Of a stretch of DNA of 64,000 bases, positions 56,029-64,000 are shown one piece after another. Source of the DNA: Tetramitus jugosus (lineage: Eukaryota; Protista; Heterolobosea); contig OW569387.1 in assembly GCA_937625935.1 (NCBI GenBank), forward strand, positions 186,001 through 250,000, in the 5' to 3' direction. The translations under genes were made by a program, and so were the position numbers. Each line of letters opens with the position of its first letter. The first letter of the stretch is position 1. The notes under the pieces were generated by a model that saw only the letters and a program-made list of their open reading frames with translations, searched no databases and was not told the origin of the DNA.

Positions 56029-57486
56029 ATGTCCGACAGCGCAGAAACTGAAAAAACTCAGCTAAAAAACAAAGAAACATTAAACAAGACTCTGTACTTT
56101 CTAGATAGTATGCCCTTTTGGAAAAATTGGTTGAATCCTCCACAAAAAGTGGAAAATCATGTGATCGAAAATGCACAGTTGGAGGACAATGATGATGATG
56201 CTGTGGAAGATTCGTGGGATATGCTGACTCAAGATGAAGAATTGTTTGATTCTAAATTGTGGTTCTTGTTGCATGTTCTTCGGCAATCAAAGTGTGTTGT
56301 TTTGAAGGATGCCATATCGAGTGCATTTGTTTTGAAGAGTGCCAATCGATTTGACTTGAGTCATATTCAAAATTCTCATATGGATATGCGCTTAGATTAT
56401 GTGACAATTAATGAACTGATTGATATGGAGGGAAACTGCTTGCCTGCAATGGTTTTTGTCATGAGGACATGTCGGTCTCTTCACTTGATACTGGAAAGTG
56501 GACACGAGAACAGTAGAGTTGTTCGGTTTCTTGAAATGCTTCAATATTCGGTTGTCAAATCGCTTCAACTAACGATAGAGACACGATCATTCGCAATTGA
56601 TATGTCTCGAGCCATCTCGAATATCAACCATTTGGAGCGACTTAGCGTACAAATTCACAATGTAGAAATACATATCGATTTGAACGACTTGCAAGTGATG
56701 TTGGATGCGAACAAACTGACACATTTCAGTGTTTCAGGTGTGAGTGACACACACTTACTATCATTTGTCCAGTGCACAAAGCTAAAGCATTTGTTGATCG
56801 ACTCCAACGTTGTTATGATGAGCGCGTCATTGTGTTGTCCAAATCTTGCAAGCATTGGTGGATACAGTAAGAAAACTCATGGTGATTTTGTGTCGTTGCT
56901 ATCAGAAGCATATTGTGGCATTACGGACATTACACAAAACAACGAGGATGAGGCGTTGTCAAATGAACAGTTCAATGAGCTCGTGATGTCAAAGTCGTTA
57001 CAATCAATAACAGTTCGTGTTCAGTTGACTATGTTTGATAAGGCATTCGAGCCACTAAGTCAACCAAATCTTGCAATTCGAAGATTGGACCTTGATTTTG
57101 TGAGGACAGGTCATGTCGATTTTCAACGGTTGTTTGAACTGTTTCCCAATATTGAAACTGTGATTGTTAGGAATGCGCGAGTCGTTAGTAATCTGAAAAT
57201 TCTATCATCGAACCGTTACAATCTATGTTCACTCCAGTTTTATGATTGTGAGTTTGGATCATCTCTTCTGATTCCGTTCCTAGAGAGGAATGAGAAGTGC
57301 ACTGATTTCCTTCTTAAAACTGACAGAGAGCTGAGCCAGCAATTTATCATTCGATTACTCAAGCGGAAATTGGTTATGCGAACTGTTATCACTGGGCAGT
57401 GCGTAAGTTTGATGGCTCCTCATTTCAAGTCCCTCCTTACCACAGTTCTCCCACACTTGATAATCCGTGAAGAGACTAGCACTTGA
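56029..57486 (+). CDS. Leucine-rich/RNI-like repeat protein
   Basis: Degenerate LxxLxL repeats (VKSLQL, LERLSV, LTHFSV, LKHLLI, IRRLDL, FPNIETV); start 56029 or 56110. Confidence 0.7.
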   Translation: MSDSAETEKTQLKNKETLNKTLYFLDSMPFWKNWLNPPQKVENHVIENAQLEDNDDDAVEDSWDMLTQDEELFDSKLWFLLHVLRQSKCVVLKDAISSAFVLKSANRFDLSHIQNSHMDMRLDYVTINELIDMEGNCLPAMVFVMRTCRSLHLILESGHENSRVVRFLEMLQYSVVKSLQLTIETRSFAIDMSRAISNINHLERLSVQIHNVEIHIDLNDLQVMLDANKLTHFSVSGVSDTHLLSFVQCTKLKHLLIDSNVVMMSASLCCPNLASIGGYSKKTHGDFVSLLSEAYCGITDITQNNEDEALSNEQFNELVMSKSLQSITVRVQLTMFDKAFEPLSQPNLAIRRLDLDFVRTGHVDFQRLFELFPNIETVIVRNARVVSNLKILSSNRYNLCSLQFYDCEFGSSLLIPFLERNEKCTDFLLKTDRELSQQFIIRLLKRKLVMRTVITGQCVSLMAPHFKSLLTTVLPHLIIREETST

Positions 57487-57535
57487 GAAAGTGTACAATA
57501 ATTACTTTACAAGTATTTATTTTTGCACTCTTCGA

Positions 57536-58857
57536 TTATTCATGCGAACTTCTCCTCATTGACAGTAATATTGGTTGTTCCTCTCTATTTCTTTTCTGAG
57601 GTTGCGGGCTATGTACCACGTTGAACAAGTACCGTTTCACATCCTCTACTTGTGTGATCCTAGATAGGTCCATTATTGAACCAGCCGATATGTTCTCCGA
57701 ACCAGCCATTTCATCGCCCTTGAGGGTATATTGTCGAAATAAGTCATGATTCAAAGCTTGCTGCACCGTCAACCGCTTATCTAAATCCACTTCTAACAAG
57801 CCAAACAAAAAGTGAAAAATTTTTTCATTCTTGATGTGAGGTAACAGATGATTCTGTATCTCGCTCCGTGCTTGATCCACACTGGGAAAATTGCTCATGG
57901 TTTGCATGAATTCGTTGACTATTGTTGACTTGCCTCGGATATCATTTAGGGAATGAGAGCCAAGTGTCTCAAATATCTGGTGCAGCAGCTCATTGCTATT
58001 CTTGGCCTTAAATAATGGACCTATATTCTCAAATTCAGAAGATTTACACCGGGTATCACAATGATTCGACTCTGCAATGCAAGAGTTTGCGTGCAGTAAC
58101 ATCTCTGCGAAAATACACCCGACAGACCACATGTCAACTTCCTTGCTGCATCTCTCATAGTTGAAGCACAATTCTGGTGCTCGATAAGATCTCGTCGTGA
58201 CATACAAATCTTCCATTGGTTGTCTCGAATCGCACACCATTCCAAAATCGCATATTGCCAATCGTTTCCTGCTCGGATCAATGAGGATATTTGCCGGTTT
58301 CAAATCTCGATGAACCAGTCCAGAACTGTGAATCAAACTCAATCCTGTTACCAATTGGTACATTAGGTTCATTACATCACTCAAAATCTCATTCTCGGTG
58401 TTCGCTTTGTTCTTGAGTTGAGTCCAGTACTCTTCCAAATTCATCGGGAAGTATTCCATGACCAAATACAGGTCTTGAAAAGAGTTGTAATCTCTTGGAA
58501 TAATCATCGAGATCAAATTGACAATATTGGGAGAATTTTGGAAATGTTGCATAACCATGTACTCTCGCAGAATCACTAACTGTTCCTCTCTCGTGTTCGA
58601 TGGATGAAAGGGACTCAATATTTTCTTAATGGCTACTTTTTTAGGAGCAGTCCAACCATTGTTCGGTAGAAGTTGTGTATCTTCGCAGAGGACGACTGTG
58701 CCGAACGCTCCTCTTCCTATGATTCGACTATATTCAGTGATTCGGAGAGTTAGTTAGAGGAAGATAACACAATTGTGAGAACAAACACATACATGGGATG
58801 ATAGTTTGTTGGAATGTACAAATGACAACCCTCTATTTCTTGTTTTGGATAATTCAT
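57536..58857 (-). CDS. MAPK-like (CMGC) Ser/Thr kinase; exons 58857-58793 and 58727-57536 (~418 aa)
   Basis: IGRGAFGTV, VAIKKI, LRE, FQDLYLVMEY, HRDLKPANIL, ICDFG, YVTTRSYRAPE, DMWSVGCIFAEM; 65-nt GTATGT..TAG intron. Confidence 0.9.
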
Positions 58858-59132
58858 ACTGCTTTTCCTTTTTGCTGTCGGTTGCATTCCTTATTGTTTT
58901 TTTGGTTGACTTTGAACCAAGCCCAGTTTGTTTTTACGAAGTCGACACGAACAAGGTTCTTTTTTAGGTTCAGTTCAAGTTCAAAAAAATAATACAACCG
59001 ACAAAATCGACATGACAGCTCCAGCCAGATGTCAAAAAAGGCGCCACTTGTATTAATGCGCCACGAACTACAGAAATCGCTCTCCACAAAGATTCAAACT
59101 AGATCTTGGCTTCTCTGTGTGACGGAACAAAA

Positions 59133-62100
59133 ATGGAGGACACATTCGTCAATCACATGCAGATCAAGCATGTCAGAACGATACGTCAATCCACAAAGAA
59201 ACTAGGAAAGATCTCCCAACTCTGTTGGTCCCACAACAACCGAAAGTTGGCCGCAGCTGATTCGGACGGGATTATTCATTTGTTTGACGAGAATGGAGAG
59301 AAGATGGATCAGTTCCCAACCAAACCTGCATTGGGCAAGAGAGCACCAAAAGCATACTCGATCACAGGGCTTGCTTTCTCTCCAGATGATAGTAAGCTTG
59401 CCATTGCTCAGAGCGACAATGTTGTTTTTGTATATAGAATAGGTATGGAGTGGAAAGAAAAGAAGAGTATATGTAACAAGTTCGTCAAGAATTCTAGTCC
59501 GGTTACTTGTCTGTGCTGGCCGGAACTGCATCCCTTTGAAATCGTGTATGGTTGTCTCGATGGAAAAGTTAAGATTGGTGCCATCAAAGAGAACAAGTCT
59601 ATCGTGTTGTACGATGCTGGTTCTCCAGCAGTCTCCTTGGCTTGTTCTCCTGATGGTCATGGCATTGCTAGTGGTCATGAAGATGGCAGTATTCATGTGT
59701 ACTATTTCGAAGATATGATGGACAGCGAGGTTAGCATGGTGGGGCATCACAAGATCTCTCAACACAGTTGCATCCCTTATTGTTTGGCTTGGGGTGCTTC
59801 GATAGTAGTGGCCGGTCAAGATAAAAAAGTGGCCTTCTATGCAAGAGATGGAGGACTCATCCGAAGAATTGAATCGACTTCCAAAGACAAGAAGGAATAC
59901 AGTGCAATCGCTTGTAATCCTTCGGGACACACAGCTGTGTGTTGCTCATTCAACAGAATGAGAGTGTTTAATGTTATTGGTTATATTCAATCAGAACCAG
60001 AATGGGAGGAAGGATCAGATTTAGAAATCGATGGTTTGTATTCAGTTACTTCGGCTGCATGGAAACCTGATGGTTCTCGAATTGTCATTGGAACTCTGTG
60101 TGGAGCAATTGAAATGTTTGATACATGTATTAAAAGGAGAAGACAAGGAGAATTCGAATTTACTCATGTCAGCCCGAGTCAAGTGATCGTCAAGCGATTA
60201 TCATCTGGTACTCGAATAGTACTAAAGTCCCTCTTTGAAGAAACAATATCGAAGGTGAGCGTGTCGAGAGATCAGTATTTAATTGGTTACACTCCCAGAA
60301 CTCTTTTGCTAGGTGATTTGGAATCGTGCAAGCTGAGCGAGATTGCTTGGCAGAGAACAGGAAAAGAGAAGTTTTTCTTCGATAATCCAGGTGTCTGTAT
60401 GGTTTATAATGTAGGAGAAGTATCTTTAATTGAATATGGGATCAATGATATTATTGGCAGTTTTAGAACTGATCACATCAGTACTCATTTGATTAGTGCT
60501 CGAGTGGCAGAGCAAACTCGAGCATCGCGAATAATAGACGTAGAATCAGAGAAAAAGGTTGTGGCTTACTTGGTTGATTCTTTCACCATCAGCATTTTGG
60601 ACTTGCTATCTTCATTTCCAGTTGCCAAGATCAATCACGACAGCAAGATAGATTGGTTGGAACTGAATGTGAGGGCTACAAAACTGTTGTTCCGAGATAA
60701 ACAGCGCCATTTGCACCTGTTCGACCTAAAAACGCAGCAAAGAACGACATTGTTGACATATTGTAGTTATGTTCAATGGGTTCCAAACTCTGACGTGGTT
60801 GTAGCTCAAAATCGAAATGATCTGTGTGTATGGTACAGTATTGATGCTCCTGATAGAGTTACGATTGTTCAGATCAAGGGAGAGGTAGAAGAGATTGTTA
60901 GGGCTCAAGGATGTACTGCAGTAATAGTGGACGAAGGACCGGGAACAGTAAATTATGATTTGGATGAGGGCCTAATCGAGTTTGGAAGTGCGATTGAAGA
61001 TAGAAACTACGAAAAAGCAGCAGCTATACTGGAAGGATTGAATCTCACACCAGAAACCGAAGCTATGTGGATGAACCTGAGTTCTCTTGTTATGAAAGAA
61101 CAGCAATACCATATAGCAGAACGATGTTTCTCTGCACTCGGAGATATTTCACAAGCTAGATATCTTCGTAAAATATACAAGGAGATTCAAAAGATCGAAG
61201 AAGAGGAAGAGGAAGGTGTAGATCCTCTCCAAAACTGGAAAGTGAAAGCCATGATCGCAATATTGGACAAAGATTTTAAACAAGCCGAACAAATTTACTT
61301 GGAGCAGGGCAAAATCGAGGATGCCATGGATATGTACAAGCAAGTACACAAGTTTGAAGAAAGCATAAATCTAGCAGTGGAAAAGGGAGTTCCCAATGCT
61401 CAAGAGAAGAAACAAAAGTATATTGATTGGCTAGTTGCAAGTAAACAAGAAGATAAGGCAGCCAGAATGTATGAGAATGACGGACAGTACTTGAAAGCCA
61501 TCAACTTGTATTTACAGGGAGGTTTTCCTGCGAGTGCAGCCAACGTGGTTACCAAATACGGTGTCACGGAAGGTATTCATGACAAATTGTTAGACTCTAT
61601 AGCAGATTCACTCTACAACAATAGTCTCTATGAAAAAGCGGCCGAATTCTACAATAAGAGAAACATGTTCGAAAAAGGCATAGACGCCTTCCGCAGAGGT
61701 AAAGCATATCGAGGGGCTGTGGAATTGGCTAGGGATAAGCTTCCAGATCTTGTCCTAAAATTGGAAGAAGAATGGGGTGATTACTTAGTTCAACAGAAAC
61801 AACTAGAAGCGGCCATATCTCACTTCATCGAAGCATATCAATATCAGAAAGCAATTGATTGTGCGATTAATTCTCATCAGTGGACAAAAGCAGTTCAAAT
61901 TTTGGATGGGGTGGAATCCTCTGTGGCAAACACTTACTATCCTATGATCGCTCGCCACTATGAAGAATTGAACAATCTCCCATTGGCTAAAAAGTACTTT
62001 GTCAGAGCTGGATGCTTCAAGGAAGCTATGGAAATGTTTGAGAGAGTGGGTAATTGGGATGAAGTCCAAAACATTGCTGAATCATTCATGAATGAAAAGG

Positions 62101-64000
62101 AAATTGGGGAATTGTACACCAATCGAGCTGTAATGCTTGAAAATAAGCAAAAGTTTAAGGATGCAGAAAAGTTGTATCTCAAAGCTAATGAAACAGATTT
62201 AGCGATCAATATGTACAGAAAGAATCATCTGTTCGATGATATGATTAGATTAGTGACAAAGTACCGACCGGTTCTTCTCAATGATGCTCACCTGCAAATT
62301 GCCAAGCAACTTGAAAATGAAGGACAACTCAGACAAGCTGAGCATCACTACTTGGAATCTGAAGATTGGAAAGGTGCAGTTAGTATGTATAGAAATAATG
62401 ACAAATGGGACGATGCAATACGAGTTGCGAAATCATATGGTGGACAGAACTCTTGGAAGAAAGTTGCTTGGGAGTGGGCTCATGCAACAGGTGGAGAGAC
62501 TGGAGGTGAAGCAGGCGCAAAGTTGTTGGTGAAATTGGGTTTGATCGAAGAAGCAATCGACTATTGCATTAAGCAGCAACTGTGGGATATGTCCTTCGAT
62601 CTAGCTCGTACCTACACCAAGAGCAAACTTATTGATGTACATCTCAAATATGCCATGCATCTGGAGGATGGTGGTCACTTCAAGCAAGCCGAAGAAGAGT
62701 ACTTGAATGCACAAAGTCCGAAAGAAGCTGTAGAAATGTACATTCACCAAGCAGATTGGAGCAATGCAGTGAGAGTAGCAGAGAGTCATGAATCTTCCTT
62801 GATAAATTATGTACTGGAGAGACAAGCTATGATCGCGTTCGATAATGGAGACTACTCGCTGGCAGAGAAATTATTCATTCAAGCCAAGAAACCAGAAACT
62901 CTTATCCAAAAGTACAAGGAAGCAAACAAATACCAGGACGCAAAGAGAATTGCCGATACTCATCTTCACACAGACACTCAACGCGAGATTGCTTCTGAGT
63001 GGGCAGAAAACTTGGACGACAACGAGGATCCAGCACGCCCTGCTCGAATGTTCGCCCAGAGTGGCGATTATTCGAAGGCGATTGATGCATACTTGAATTT
63101 TGGTTGGAAATCAATGAATATCGAATATCTAGAGACAGAATGGAGGAATGCTATATCATTGGCATCTAATCATATCCAGAGCAGACTTCAGGAGGTTGTG
63201 AAGACTGTTACTCATCGGTTGATCGAACTTAAGAAACCCAAATCAGCCGCTAACATCCTCGTAAGTGTAGGCAGCATTCGGGAAGCCGCAGAACTGTTAG
63301 TTAGTCATCACATGTTTGGAGATGCTTTCGCCATCTCAAAAACCAATCCAAGCGTACATCAATTCGTTCAGCAACAGCACAAGAAATTCCTTATGTCCAG
63401 CGAAAATCCAGAAGACTTGATCCAAGGAGGAAACATTGATGCAGCCATCAATGGTCTGGCTAGTCGTCAAGAATGGGAGGAAGCTATCAAATTGGCTCAA
63501 ACTCATCAAAAGAATGAAGCCATCTCAAAATATACTTCCATCTACACGACACGTCTTGTCGAAGAGAAACAGTATGACAAGGCACTACAAATATTGGAGC
63601 AATATGGACTGCCTCTGGAACAGAATATGATCCTTTCCTATGTTGAAATTGTTAAATATGTCATCTGGACTCAGCAGAACAACAAGCAGGGCGTACAACG
63701 ATGCAGAGATATGCTCACGCCACTCTTGGAAGGATTCCAACAATCACTAGGATCAGATCCATTATTCGTCACACTTGTCAAGCTCTACAACATCACTCAT
63801 CTTTTGGTAATGAAGCACACATGCAAGGAAAATGAACTACAAGACTTGTATGCCAAAGCCTGCATTAGTTTGTTGCGCTATTGTGACGAACTGAATCCAG
63901 AACAAGCATTCTATGAGGCTGGAGGTGCTGCACGAATGAGAAAATGGAACGGAATGGCATACATCTTCTTCAATCGTTATCTTGACATACATGAGATGAT
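59133..64000 (+). CDS. IFT172: Intraflagellar transport protein 172 (3' end beyond window)
   Basis: MQIKHVRT..CWSHNN..LFDENGEKMDQFPTKPA..AFSPDDSKLAIAQSDNVVFVYRIG.EWKEKKSICNKF; AYIFFNRYLD near the window end is in the same frame; absent from the ORF track, consistent with no stop in the window. Confidence 0.95.
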   Translation, partial: MEDTFVNHMQIKHVRTIRQSTKKLGKISQLCWSHNNRKLAAADSDGIIHLFDENGEKMDQFPTKPALGKRAPKAYSITGLAFSPDDSKLAIAQSDNVVFVYRIGMEWKEKKSICNKFVKNSSPVTCLCWPELHPFEIVYGCLDGKVKIGAIKENKSIVLYDAGSPAVSLACSPDGHGIASGHEDGSIHVYYFEDMMDSEVSMVGHHKISQHSCIPYCLAWGASIVVAGQDKKVAFYARDGGLIRRIESTSKDKKEYSAIACNPSGHTAVCCSFNRMRVFNVIGYIQSEPEWEEGSDLEIDGLYSVTSAAWKPDGSRIVIGTLCGAIEMFDTCIKRRRQGEFEFTHVSPSQVIVKRLSSGTRIVLKSLFEETISKVSVSRDQYLIGYTPRTLLLGDLESCKLSEIAWQRTGKEKFFFDNPGVCMVYNVGEVSLIEYGINDIIGSFRTDHISTHLISARVAEQTRASRIIDVESEKKVVAYLVDSFTISILDLLSSFPVAKINHDSKIDWLELNVRATKLLFRDKQRHLHLFDLKTQQRTTLLTYCSYVQWVPNSDVVVAQNRNDLCVWYSIDAPDRVTIVQIKGEVEEIVRAQGCTAVIVDEGPGTVNYDLDEGLIEFGSAIEDRNYEKAAAILEGLNLTPETEAMWMNLSSLVMKEQQYHIAERCFSALGDISQARYLRKIYKEIQKIEEEEEEGVDPLQNWKVKAMIAILDKDFKQAEQIYLEQGKIEDAMDMYKQVHKFEESINLAVEKGVPNAQEKKQKYIDWLVASKQEDKAARMYENDGQYLKAINLYLQGGFPASAANVVTKYGVTEGIHDKLLDSIADSLYNNSLYEKAAEFYNKRNMFEKGIDAFRRGKAYRGAVELARDKLPDLVLKLEEEWGDYLVQQKQLEAAISHFIEAYQYQKAIDCAINSHQWTKAVQILDGVESSVANTYYPMIARHYEELNNLPLAKKYFVRAGCFKEAMEMFERVGNWDEVQNIAESFMNEKEIGELYTNRAVMLENKQKFKDAEKLYLKANETDLAINMYRKNHLFDDMIRLVTKYRPVLLNDAHLQIAKQLENEGQLRQAEHHYLESEDWKGAVSMYRNNDKWDDAIRVAKSYGGQNSWKKVAWEWAHATGGETGGEAGAKLLVKLGLIEEAIDYCIKQQLWDMSFDLARTYTKSKLIDVHLKYAMHLEDGGHFKQAEEEYLNAQSPKEAVEMYIHQADWSNAVRVAESHESSLINYVLERQAMIAFDNGDYSLAEKLFIQAKKPETLIQKYKEANKYQDAKRIADTHLHTDTQREIASEWAENLDDNEDPARPARMFAQSGDYSKAIDAYLNFGWKSMNIEYLETEWRNAISLASNHIQSRLQEVVKTVTHRLIELKKPKSAANILVSVGSIREAAELLVSHHMFGDAFAISKTNPSVHQFVQQQHKKFLMSSENPEDLIQGGNIDAAINGLASRQEWEEAIKLAQTHQKNEAISKYTSIYTTRLVEEKQYDKALQILEQYGLPLEQNMILSYVEIVKYVIWTQQNNKQGVQRCRDMLTPLLEGFQQSLGSDPLFVTLVKLYNITHLLVMKHTCKENELQDLYAKACISLLRYCDELNPEQAFYEAGGAARMRKWNGMAYIFFNRYLDIHEM

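Noticed and set aside
1-64000. CRISPR arrays, prokaryotic operons or defence systems, intact transposons, rRNA or snRNA genes
   Set aside because: None seen by eye; the sequence is eukaryotic with spliceosomal introns and has no regularly spaced nucleotide repeats

Overview
Gene-dense eukaryotic (protist) genomic DNA in the standard code, with few short spliceosomal introns (59-183 nt, GT-AG plus one GC-AG). The gene content and style (receptor-type cyclase-like protein, RCC1 and TPR orphans, membrane-domain-less HMG-CoA reductase, flagellar genes) suggest a flagellate or amoeboflagellate such as a heterolobosean; this is inference only. There are about 25 protein genes: Dymeclin, secreted DNase I, HMGR, IQCE-like, outer-arm dynein heavy chain (DNAH5/8 type), SPATA20, Mo25/CAB39, Pmp3, SOSS-B, ANK/coiled-coil/truncated HECT, SDR, TPR, RCC1, a tandem membrane-protein pair (one copy broken), pseudo-cyclase receptor, BIR protein, a 2425-aa Ig-repeat/vWA adhesin, BAG, LRR-like, atypical MAPK and IFT172 (runs off the window). 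Best findings missed by the ORF track: (1) a two-exon Rdx-family selenoprotein gene (CTS-UGA-GY) at 40938-41315 with an unusually extended SECIS candidate at about 41544-41649; (2) a 5' half tRNA-Tyr(GUA) at 4648-4690 fused antisense into the last codons of the intronless DNase I gene. Also noted: E2F/CHR-like promoter elements, a secreted repeat protein and a probable Tc1/IS630 relic.
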